Under the pieces are notes generated by a model. The model was given only the letters and a program-made list of their open reading frames with translations. It searched no databases and was not told the origin of the DNA. This document shows positions 1 through 8,138 of a stretch of DNA of 64,000 nt, in pieces. Position 1 is the stretch's first letter. Every line of letters starts with the position of its first letter. Source of the DNA: Thermoproteota archaeon (lineage in GTDB: Archaea > Korarchaeota > Korarchaeia > Korarchaeales > JAOZGB01); NCBI GenBank assembly GCA_037917685.1, contig JAVCBU010000012.1, positions 224,001-288,000 on the forward strand, written 5' to 3'. The position numbers and the translations under genes are program-made.

Positions 1-1
1 A

Positions 2-1114
2 AAAAAGTACGATGTCGACCTTGTAGTTTTCTCTTATAGCGATGTTTCTCATTTATACGTCATGGAGAAGGCCTCCGTGGCGATGGCTAATGGAGCAAGC
101 TTCATGCTACTCGGGCCTAAGGATACCCTGCTAGAGTCGAAAAGGCCTGTTATAGCCATCTGTGCTGTTAGGACTGGCTCTGGAAAGAGCCCAACTACCA
201 GGAAAATTAGTGGAATAGTTAAGGAGCTAGGTTTAAGAGCCGCTGTGATTAGGCATCCCATGCCTTACGGTGACCTGTCAAAGCAGATTGTTATGGAATT
301 AAGAAGATTGGAGGATCTGGATAAGTATAAATGTACGGTGGAGGAGAGAGAAGATTTCACCCACCTTTTAAAATCAGGTTTTACGGTGCTAGCGGGTGTA
401 GATTATGATAAGGTTTTGAAGAGAGCTGAAGAGATAGCTGATGTTATAATATGGGATGGAGGAAATAACGATTTTCCATTTATCAGACCTGACCTATTGT
501 TTGTTGTAGCTGATCCCTTTAGAGCCGGCCACGAGGTATCGTATTATCCTGGAATGATTAATTTTCTAATGGCAGATGTGATTGTGGTGAATAAGGTCAA
601 CTCAGCATCTCCGGACGGAGTGGAAAAGGTAATTCACAATGCTAGAAAATACAACCCTAAAGCTATAATTGTGAAAACTGAATCTGTTATAAGCTGCGAT
701 TGCGATGTTGACATTAAAGGCAAGTCTGTAGCTGTTGTGGAAGATGGACCAACCACAACACATGGTGGCATGCCGTATGGGGCTGGTTATCTGTTTGCTA
801 AGAGTTCTGGCGCTAAGATCGTTGATCCCAAGAGATTCGCTGTTGGGGAGTATAAGAAGATATATGAAGAGTATAGCCATTTAGGCCCTGTAATTCCTGC
901 GGTAGGGTATAGTAACGAGCAGGTTAGGATGCTTGAAGCGATGCTTAACTCCATCGATTGTGACGCTGTTGTTTCAGGTACTCCTATCGAACTTTCAAGT
1001 CTGGTTAAGATTAATAAGCCGATATATAACGTGAGATATGATGTTAAGGTTGTTAAAGGACCAACTTTTAAGGAGATCATACATGAATTCTTAAAGAGAA
1101 GGGGTCTTATCTAG
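2..1114 (+). CDS. P-loop NTPase, COG2403 family (cyclic 2,3-diphosphoglycerate synthetase-like / 'predicted GTPase'), 5'-partial
   Basis: Motifs AVRTGSGKS, RHPMPYG, WDGGNND, VEDGPTTTHGGM. The frame is open from position 2 (KKYDVDLVVFSYSDVSH...), so the gene starts before the window. Confidence 0.8.
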   Translation, partial: KKYDVDLVVFSYSDVSHLYVMEKASVAMANGASFMLLGPKDTLLESKRPVIAICAVRTGSGKSPTTRKISGIVKELGLRAAVIRHPMPYGDLSKQIVMELRRLEDLDKYKCTVEEREDFTHLLKSGFTVLAGVDYDKVLKRAEEIADVIIWDGGNNDFPFIRPDLLFVVADPFRAGHEVSYYPGMINFLMADVIVVNKVNSASPDGVEKVIHNARKYNPKAIIVKTESVISCDCDVDIKGKSVAVVEDGPTTTHGGMPYGAGYLFAKSSGAKIVDPKRFAVGEYKKIYEEYSHLGPVIPAVGYSNEQVRMLEAMLNSIDCDAVVSGTPIELSSLVKINKPIYNVRYDVKVVKGPTFKEIIHEFLKRRGLI

Positions 1115-1864
1115 TAGTTCCAACAATTTTTTAATAGCGTCATCCACAGTGGATTCCGGACTTGAAGATCGCTTTCCTATGAGTCTAAAGACAATTTTGA
1201 GTTTAGGTTTCCATTCGCTCCCTATAGGATGGCTTTTAACCTCTAGTCCAGGATAGGCGTCTTGAATTCTTTTTAGAATTGGTGCTATAGAGGATTCTGG
1301 TACTCCTTCTATGGTTATCGTCTTCATTATGGATGTTATATCTTTTGTTTTCAACTTGAGTTTGGGAATTATGTATCTCTCCATCATCTCCCTCATTTCT
1401 CTTGGTACTCCGGGAAGGACGTAAATCACCGTTTTCCCTATTTTTAACTCGATACCAGGCGCTACGCCCACTGGGTTTTCTATCGGCCGAGCGTTGACAG
1501 GGATTTTCGCCATCTTTGTTCTCTCAGGTGATAGGGGTAGGTTTAGATCCTTATATCTCTCCGCTATCATCTTATAAGCTTCAGTATTGATTCCCGTGGG
1601 GATTTTTAGGGTTTTAGACAGGCACTCTATGGTTTTGTCATCGTGTGTAGGACCAAGACCCCCTGTAATGATTAGTATATCCGGTTTTTCAGATATAGAC
1701 CAATCAATTGCCTTTTTGAGTTCCTCGCAGTCGTCTCCGATAACAATCACCCTTTTGGTTTTTACACCTATGTGATATAGCTTCGACGCTAACCACGAGG
1801 CGTTAGTGTTTATAGTTTCTCCTGTTAACAGCTCGTTACCCGTGTTTATAATTATTGCTTCCAC
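1091..1864 (-). CDS. CinA-like molybdopterin-binding domain protein
   Basis: GNELLTG..INTNA, ITGGLGPTHDD, NPVGVAPG, LPGVPREM motifs; no C-terminal PncC domain. Confidence 0.85.
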   Translation of the reverse strand: MEAIIINTGNELLTGETINTNASWLASKLYHIGVKTKRVIVIGDDCEELKKAIDWSISEKPDILIITGGLGPTHDDKTIECLSKTLKIPTGINTEAYKMIAERYKDLNLPLSPERTKMAKIPVNARPIENPVGVAPGIELKIGKTVIYVLPGVPREMREMMERYIIPKLKLKTKDITSIMKTITIEGVPESSIAPILKRIQDAYPGLEVKSHPIGSEWKPKLKIVFRLIGKRSSSPESTVDDAIKKLLELLDKTPSL

Positions 1865-1903
1865 AGGGTTTAAACCCTTCTATTAACTATTAATTTTAGG
1901 TTG

Positions 1904-3349
1904 CTAACCATTTTCTACTGTTCTTAGTAATTTCTCGATCTCTTCTAACTCTCTGGATATTTCGTCGTCGATTTTTTTCTTGTTAACCAGTTTCTCCTTG
2001 ATTTGAAATATCAGGGTTTTTATCTGTGCGTTTCCGTAGAGTATGGCGTTTATCAATGGAGTGAGGGATACTCTATGCTTCACAGTGTATTCTATTTTTG
2101 TATCCATCAAGAATTCAGCTATCCTTCTGATTTCTTTGCTGGCTTTAGAGTCCGGATATTGTAAAGCGGCGGGTATACCCATTCTATAAGACTTCTCCAT
2201 ATTTTCATCGTATGGGACTACGAAGCAGGGCTGCGAGTCAGACTTCTTGAGCGGTCTTGTTAACTCTTTGAGATTTTTTAGATCTTTTTTCCTAACTTTA
2301 TTTACAATGTAAGCTGGATATTCTATTCTGAGAAGTGTTGATAGGTCTATTAAAGGTTGGGTCGCGTTTATCGTTGGTTTATTCGGTTCCACAACAGGTA
2401 GAAATGCATCTGAGATTGGAAGTAAAAGGTAGTAGTCTGCCATACCTGAAAATCCTCCGCCCCCAGGCCCATCTATTATAATCATTTGGCACTTTGATTT
2501 AAGGAAACTGGTAAGATTCTTCATTTTTTCTTCGTATCTTTGGTAGTTTCTATATAAGTCTTTCTTAGTTGTAAATATCTGTGAAGCGGGTATGAAAGCT
2601 ATGTTTTTATACTCAGGGTACCTGCCGCTCACATGCGCTATTTCCCATGGTTTGGCTGAATCGTTTAAGTACTCTTTAAGGGTGGGGTAATTGTCTGGGT
2701 TCTCTTCTCTAGCCTTTATAAAATCTGGATCCCAAAGAAATTCTGAACTATTTCTCCCAAAGTCTGCCTCTATAAAGGCTATCCTCTTGTTATAGAGTTT
2801 CGAGAGCCAGACAGCTACGTTAAAGCTTATACTCGTACACCCGGTATTATGGATAACAGTCCCGGAAGAAATGTAGTTGTTGTACTCGTCAACAGTGAGA
2901 TCGTAAAAATACGTATCTACAGTTGTTCGAGATATCTTTGAAACTTCTATGGTTTTTCTGTCCGACGTGCTAAATAGCTTGTCCTGCTTGTTTAATCTGA
3001 AAGCTTCTTTATATAACAGTTTAGAGCCTTGGACTATCAAAAAAGGATGCCGAGGTGACGTTAATAATACATTTCCATTAGATAGTTCCACCTTACATAT
3101 TTCCCCCTTTACAGGTATCTTCCATATGCATCTAACCTCATTCCATTTAAAACGGCCATTCTCCGGATTTACGCTTTGTACTTTAAGCTTCCCTTGAGGG
3201 AGAATAACCACTGTTACTTCATGTTTAAAAAAACCTACCATCTTCTCAAAAAGACGTTTGAAAACTATGTTTCCATACTCTTTGGTGAGTATCGTGGAAT
3301 CTCCGTCGATGCATCCCCCTCCAATTTTACCAAATGTTACAACCTTCAA
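1904..3349 (-). CDS. MinD/ParA-family protein precursor containing a mini-intein
   Basis: The extein has MinD-type motifs IEADFG, IIIDGPGG, IVNKV, VPYDE..GIP and YPDSKAS. The P-loop GGG|TGCTS is interrupted by an intein. TTG start overlaps the upstream stop. Confidence 0.85.
   Translation of the reverse strand: MKVVTFGKIGGGCIDGDSTILTKEYGNIVFKRLFEKMVGFFKHEVTVVILPQGKLKVQSVNPENGRFKWNEVRCIWKIPVKGEICKVELSNGNVLLTSPRHPFLIVQGSKLLYKEAFRLNKQDKLFSTSDRKTIEVSKISRTTVDTYFYDLTVDEYNNYISSGTVIHNTGCTSISFNVAVWLSKLYNKRIAFIEADFGRNSSEFLWDPDFIKAREENPDNYPTLKEYLNDSAKPWEIAHVSGRYPEYKNIAFIPASQIFTTKKDLYRNYQRYEEKMKNLTSFLKSKCQMIIIDGPGGGGFSGMADYYLLLPISDAFLPVVEPNKPTINATQPLIDLSTLLRIEYPAYIVNKVRKKDLKNLKELTRPLKKSDSQPCFVVPYDENMEKSYRMGIPAALQYPDSKASKEIRRIAEFLMDTKIEYTVKHRVSLTPLINAILYGNAQIKTLIFQIKEKLVNKKKIDDEISRELEEIEKLLRTVENG
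2846..3313 (-). mobile_element. Mini-intein (Hint domain, 156 aa, no homing endonuclease)
   Basis: Block A CIDGDSTIL; block B LLTSPRHPFL; block F YFYDLTVDEYNNY; block G GTVIHN followed by +1 Thr. Confidence 0.9.
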
Positions 3350-3540
3350 GAAATCTCACCAAGAACATCAGCTAACTCCTTGAGAGCGTCTTCTATCTCC
3401 ATAACTCTTTTTTCTAGAATATTTACCCTTTCAATGAGAATTTTTAACCCTGAAACCATGGTTTTAGCATGACTATTGTTGCCTCTTAATGGATTGGAGC
3501 CTTCAACCTCATCGAATGCTCTATTGATGTTCATTTTCAC
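3346..3540 (-). CDS. Small coiled-coil hypothetical protein, translationally coupled to the MinD-like gene
   Basis: Heptad pattern LKILIERVNILEKRVMEIEDALKEL; its stop overlaps the downstream TTG (TTGA). Confidence 0.65.
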   Translation of the reverse strand: MKMNINRAFDEVEGSNPLRGNNSHAKTMVSGLKILIERVNILEKRVMEIEDALKELADVLGEIS

Positions 3541-3624
3541 CGAATTAAAAGGGGGTGATTTGAATATTTAGGATACTCGAAAGAGGGGGTTAATAATCTA
3601 AATCGTTTATCTATATTTATTGAA

Positions 3625-3897
3625 ATGGCTATAGAACTATTTAGAGCTCTTGGGCATAAGCATCGATATGTAGTTTATAAAATGCTTGAAGAAGATCCTC
3701 TAACCAAGGGAGAGATTGCAAGAAGGCTTGGAATATCCATTGCTCACTTGTCATATCATATAACCAGGCTTAAAGAAGCAGGGATAGTAATCGAGTACAG
3801 AAAGGGACACAAGAAGTATTTACGCTTATCAAAAAGACTAATAGTCGAAGTTTGGGATTCGAGCCCTAAAAATACTCCAAACAAGCATTCTGTTTAA
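3625..3897 (+). CDS. ArsR-family winged helix-turn-helix transcriptional regulator
   Basis: LFRALGHKHR...GEIARRLGISIAHLSYHITRLKEAGIV pattern. Confidence 0.85.
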   Translation: MAIELFRALGHKHRYVVYKMLEEDPLTKGEIARRLGISIAHLSYHITRLKEAGIVIEYRKGHKKYLRLSKRLIVEVWDSSPKNTPNKHSV

Positions 3898-3909
3898 TGA
3901 GGGATAAAA

Positions 3910-4125
3910 GTGAATGAAGTTTTAGGGGCAGGCTTATTGCTTGCAGTTACTGTAGGAATATTTATAGCTGCAGTTATACCTCCGATAGCCAATGTTCTAA
4001 GCTGGATCGAAGACAAACCTGCTAGAAACCACACCAACATTCAGAACTTACTTGACTGGATTAATTCAGGGCTAGATAAAATATTCGGACATGAAAATGA
4101 GAATCAAACAACAAGCCCAGGATAG
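3910..4125 (+). CDS. Small membrane-anchored hypothetical protein
   Basis: GTG start with upstream GAGGGA; N-terminal hydrophobic helix. Confidence 0.6.
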   Translation: MNEVLGAGLLLAVTVGIFIAAVIPPIANVLSWIEDKPARNHTNIQNLLDWINSGLDKIFGHENENQTTSPG

Positions 4126-4157
4126 GTTTAAATGTTTAAAGAGATAGCACTTACCTC

Positions 4158-5111
4158 GTGGCAAAGAAGATACTACCATTAATATTTACCGTAGCAATCA
4201 TAGCTGGATCCCTATACTATGCTAGGGTTAGACAGGAAATAATCATGATAGAAAATAGATACGGCCTAAAATTCAATGGAACAAAGGCGTTCTTACATGT
4301 ACAGGAACAATGTGAGATAGGCCCCAGGCCTCCTGGGACGGAGGAACATGAAAAATGCATTCAATATATTGTTAGTGTGATAAAAAGTTATGGATTAACA
4401 TACCGCCTGGAAAATTTCACATTTACAGATCCGGAGGCAGGACCCTTAAATATGGTAAACATAATCGTTCCTATCGGGGAAGGAGACAAAATACTGTATA
4501 TCGGAGCCCATTATGATACTAGGCCAAGAGCAGACATGGAGAAAAACCCTGAAGATAGGGTAAAACCCATTATAGGCGCGAATGACGGAGCAAGCGGGGT
4601 GGCTGTCCTCCTTGAGTTAATAAGAATATTCAAAGACAAAGATCTGAAAATAGAAGTGAGATTCATATTTTTCGACGGTGAGGACTGGGGGGTAGTTCTA
4701 GAACACTACTTCATCGGCTCAAGATACCACGTCAAACATTTGCCAGATGAAGAAAAGAGGAAAATAATTGGAATAATCCTTTTGGATATGATAGGCGACG
4801 AAGACTTACAAATATACATGGAGGGATTCTCCTACCATCATGCCAGAGATCTTACCGAGTTGATATGGAATACCGCGAAGGAGTTAAACTACACACAGTA
4901 CTTTATACCAAAAATAAAATACACTATATATGACGACCACTACCCATTCATACAGGAAGGTATACCAGGTGTAGACATCATAGACTTTGACTACCCATAT
5001 TGGCATACATTAAGCGATACACTTGACAAGGTGTCACCGAAAAGTTTAGAAATTGTAGGAAGAGTAGTAGAAGCTGTAATACAGAAAATTTCAGAAAACC
5101 ATGGAGGATGA
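4158..5111 (+). CDS. M28 family peptidase (glutaminyl cyclase/aminopeptidase-like), membrane-anchored
   Basis: GAHYDT, GANDGASGVA, FFDGED, LLDMIG, DDHYPF, YWHT. Confidence 0.9.
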   Translation: MAKKILPLIFTVAIIAGSLYYARVRQEIIMIENRYGLKFNGTKAFLHVQEQCEIGPRPPGTEEHEKCIQYIVSVIKSYGLTYRLENFTFTDPEAGPLNMVNIIVPIGEGDKILYIGAHYDTRPRADMEKNPEDRVKPIIGANDGASGVAVLLELIRIFKDKDLKIEVRFIFFDGEDWGVVLEHYFIGSRYHVKHLPDEEKRKIIGIILLDMIGDEDLQIYMEGFSYHHARDLTELIWNTAKELNYTQYFIPKIKYTIYDDHYPFIQEGIPGVDIIDFDYPYWHTLSDTLDKVSPKSLEIVGRVVEAVIQKISENHGG

Positions 5112-5532
5112 CTCTTTGTCTGAAGATCATGAGCTTGAGATTTTGAAGATGAAAATGCTTGAGAAAATAATTCAGAAAAAAGAAGATCCCTTATACGCAA
5201 AAATATCCTCTGGAGAACCCGTAGAAGGAAACGATGAGATCATAAAGAGAACAACTAAGATGGTACGCATCGTCCTCCTAGACTTTTGGGCAGAATGGTG
5301 CGGTCCTTGCAGAATGATGGAACCAGCCATCCACGAGTTAGCTATGAAATACAAGGGAAAAATAGCTGTAGTCAAAATAAATGTAGACAAAGAGAGGGAA
5401 ATAGCTGCGAAATATGGGATAATGGCGGTGCCAACCTACATGCTAATAGTAGAAGGTAAAATAGCGGAAAGAATCACCGGAGCAGTAGGATTTCATGTTC
5501 TCGATAAGATGATACAGAAATACATCAAGTAA
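5101..5532 (+). CDS. trxA: Thioredoxin
   Basis: DFWAEWCGPC active site, cis-Pro motif AVPT. Confidence 0.9.
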   Translation: MEDDSLSEDHELEILKMKMLEKIIQKKEDPLYAKISSGEPVEGNDEIIKRTTKMVRIVLLDFWAEWCGPCRMMEPAIHELAMKYKGKIAVVKINVDKEREIAAKYGIMAVPTYMLIVEGKIAERITGAVGFHVLDKMIQKYIK

Positions 5533-5533
5533 G

Positions 5534-5606
5534 AGCCGGGGGCGGGATTTGAACCCGCGTAAAACGGGTCTGCAGCCCGCCGCCTGTACCACTCAGCCAC
5601 CCCGGC
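5534..5606 (-). tRNA. tRNA-Cys (GCA)
   Basis: Minus strand GCCGGGGTGGCTGAGTGGTACAGGCGGCGGGCTGCAGACCCGTTTTACGCGGGTTCAAATCCCGCCCCCGGCT folds as a cloverleaf with anticodon loop CTGCAGA, T-loop GTTCAAAT and U73; no encoded CCA and no intron. Confidence 0.95.
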
Positions 5607-5653
5607 ACATAGTAAGAGCACCCGGTTTTTAAAAATCTTCCGAGGCATCTATA

Positions 5654-6439
5654 ATGATGAAAACTGTTATATTTTTCGACATAAAGATGCTGAATAAACT
5701 TGCGAAGACACTTGAATCCTCAGGATTGGAAAGATCCATTGTTAAGTCCCCTTATGAAGCCTATAGATATGAATCCCAGGGAAAAATAGTAATAGCATAC
5801 AAAACAGGTAAAATAATTTACAGTGAAGATGTTAAACCCATATTTTTGAAGTTTCTTAGAGAAAACTTTAAACCAGATTCAACCAGGATAGGATGCGACG
5901 AAGCCGGGAAGGGAGAGGCCCTAGGGCCCCTAGTAGTCTCGGCTGTAGCTCTTGATCCCAATCAGTACATCGAACTATGGGTAGAAGGGGTTATGGACAG
6001 CAAAATGCTGTCAAAAAGGCAAATCCAAACGTTAGAAAGCAAAATAAAAAGGAAATCATTAGGATATACACTTTTCATCGTTGAACCTATAGAGTTCAAT
6101 AAGAAAATGGAGGAGCTAAAGCGGGAGGGAAAAAATTTAAACCATCTCCTATCAGAACTCCATGCCAGAGCAGTAAAACGTTTAATCGAAAAAATCCAAC
6201 ATGCCAATGTAACAATTTTAATCGACAAGTTTGACGAGGAGAAAACAAGCAAAGCTATGAAAAACGAGGGAATAGAAAATGTAATTCAACTTGAGAACGG
6301 AGAGAAAGATATCGCAGTTGCCGCCGCGAGTATAATCGCTAAAGCAGCCTATGATAGATGGCTCCTTGACAATCTGGACAAAAAAGGAGATAAGCCTTTA
6401 CATATGATTTATAAAATATCCTATCTGAAGCCTTCCTAA
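5654..6439 (+). CDS. Ribonuclease HII/HIII family (HIII-like, with N-terminal extension)
   Basis: IGCDEAGKG..GPLVVSAV, DSK, IDKF, VAAASIIAK; N-terminal IAYKTGKII segment resembles the TBP-like domain of RNase HIII. Confidence 0.8.
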   Translation: MMKTVIFFDIKMLNKLAKTLESSGLERSIVKSPYEAYRYESQGKIVIAYKTGKIIYSEDVKPIFLKFLRENFKPDSTRIGCDEAGKGEALGPLVVSAVALDPNQYIELWVEGVMDSKMLSKRQIQTLESKIKRKSLGYTLFIVEPIEFNKKMEELKREGKNLNHLLSELHARAVKRLIEKIQHANVTILIDKFDEEKTSKAMKNEGIENVIQLENGEKDIAVAAASIIAKAAYDRWLLDNLDKKGDKPLHMIYKISYLKPS

Positions 6440-6931
6440 ATGGCTCAGATATCTGTAGTAGGTTCCAGCGGAAAGATTGATGAAAGACTATATAAAATAG
6501 CATACGAACTTGGTAAGATAATAGCGTCGAGGGGTCATATACTTATCTGTGGAGGCAGGGACGGGGTCATGGAAGCTGTGTGTAAAGGAGCATGGGAGAA
6601 GGGTGGAATAACTATAGGGATACTTCCATCAGTTCACGGAGAAGATGCTAATCCTTACCTAACTGTTAGAATAACAACAGGCATGGGGTATGCTAGAAAC
6701 TTCATTAATGCATGCTCTGGAGACGCCGTTATAGCTGTTGGAGGGAAAGAAGGAACTCTCTCAGAGATCGCGATGGCGCTGGTCTACGGGAAACCTGTTG
6801 TATGTATTAAGGGAACCGGAGGAGCTTCAGACCTTTTAGCAGGCAAACGGTTTGGAAGAGGATATGTCTATGCTGCTGGAGACCCGGAAGAAGCTGTTAA
6901 AATTATTGAAGGTTTACTCCAACACAGATAA
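6440..6931 (+). CDS. LOG/SLOG-family Rossmann-fold protein (TIGR00725-like)
   Basis: CGGRDGVMEAVCKGA, TGMGYARN, GGKEGTLSEI. Confidence 0.85.
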   Translation: MAQISVVGSSGKIDERLYKIAYELGKIIASRGHILICGGRDGVMEAVCKGAWEKGGITIGILPSVHGEDANPYLTVRITTGMGYARNFINACSGDAVIAVGGKEGTLSEIAMALVYGKPVVCIKGTGGASDLLAGKRFGRGYVYAAGDPEEAVKIIEGLLQHR

Positions 6932-7441
6932 AATCTTACTCCAGCAAACAGCACAAAACTGTGGGTTAGACCTATCAACTTCCCATACGGAATTGTGAAA
7001 ACTCATACAACAACGCCTATCACTACAATGCCCAAGACCAAGCAAATGCCCTACCTCATGAAGTGCAACCACATGTACTCTTCTTTTATGTATATCACCA
7101 TCACCGGAGATACCGTAGAACGCGTTGGAAAGCCTTTTTATAGATACAAGCCCAACTGAACCAGAAACCAAACCAAATACAAAGTTCAAGCTCGGTACAT
7201 AAAGATCTAAATCTACAACAATCAATGCAGGTTTTAGAACAAGCGATAAAGCCATACGAGCTATCTCATACGCATTATACTGGCTCCTGAGACCGTCGAA
7301 CGCCCTCTTATACTCTACATTTACAATACCATTACTACGTACTTGCATTAGACCCTTAAACCTCGAGCTAATGATATCTTTGACTGATTCGTAGAAACCT
7401 TGTGGAGTGTCCTCAAGCATATATAAATTTAGAACGTACAT
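6914..7441 (-). CDS. Archaemetzincin family Zn-dependent metalloprotease
   Basis: HEVGHLLGLGHC..RCCM...FC..C; NFVFG. Confidence 0.9.
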   Translation of the reverse strand: MYVLNLYMLEDTPQGFYESVKDIISSRFKGLMQVRSNGIVNVEYKRAFDGLRSQYNAYEIARMALSLVLKPALIVVDLDLYVPSLNFVFGLVSGSVGLVSIKRLSNAFYGISGDGDIHKRRVHVVALHEVGHLLGLGHCSDRRCCMSFHNSVWEVDRSNPQFCAVCWSKILSVLE

Positions 7442-7487
7442 CTTAATCCCAGGCTTTAAAATAAAATAATACCGAATATAAGATACT

Positions 7488-8132
7488 ATGGTTATAGAAT
7501 TACCTCCCGACGTGGCAGGATATATAAAAGATACGTTTTCTAAGCTCGTAAACCCTGTAACACTCTACGTGTTTACAACCAAAGACCACTGCCTCTACTG
7601 CAACGAAACCTTGGAAATAGCTAAGATCATAGCCGGATTCTCTCATCTTATAAAGATCGAAGAATGCGAATGCTCCACAGACTCTCAAACCGCGCAAAAA
7701 TTCAATATAGACAAACACCCAGCTATAGTAATCCATGGAAAGGAGGAGTATGGAATCAGGTTCTTTGGTATACCATCAGGCTACGAGCTTGGAAGCCTCG
7801 TAGAAGCCATCGTTGACGCTTCACGTGGAGAGACAGAGCTTCCGCCTGATGTAAAGGAGCTAATTAGAAGCATCAGCAAGAAGGTCCATATACAAGTTTT
7901 TGTTACTCCAACATGCCCATACTGCCCAATAGCTGTTAGAACTGCTCATAAATTTGCAATTTTAAACAAAAATATTCTTGGAGACATGATAGAAGCAATC
8001 GAATTTCCAAACTTATCCCAGAAGTATGGAGTGATGGCCGTTCCAAAAATAATTATAAATGATAAGGTAACCTTTGAAGGCGCAGTTCCAGAAATGTTCT
8101 TCGCACAGAAGATACTTGAAGCAGTAGAGTGA
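7488..8132 (+). CDS. Protein disulfide oxidoreductase (PDO, double thioredoxin/glutaredoxin fold)
   Basis: Two CxxC sites (CLYC, CPYC); GIPSGYE; FVTPTCPYC; GVMAVP. Confidence 0.9.
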   Translation: MVIELPPDVAGYIKDTFSKLVNPVTLYVFTTKDHCLYCNETLEIAKIIAGFSHLIKIEECECSTDSQTAQKFNIDKHPAIVIHGKEEYGIRFFGIPSGYELGSLVEAIVDASRGETELPPDVKELIRSISKKVHIQVFVTPTCPYCPIAVRTAHKFAILNKNILGDMIEAIEFPNLSQKYGVMAVPKIIINDKVTFEGAVPEMFFAQKILEAVE

Positions 8133-8138
8133 CTCGAA

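Noticed and set aside
5534-5606. tRNA-Cys as an integration site for a mobile element
   Set aside because: I saw no integrase and no duplicated tRNA 3' end in the window, and the flanking genes are housekeeping
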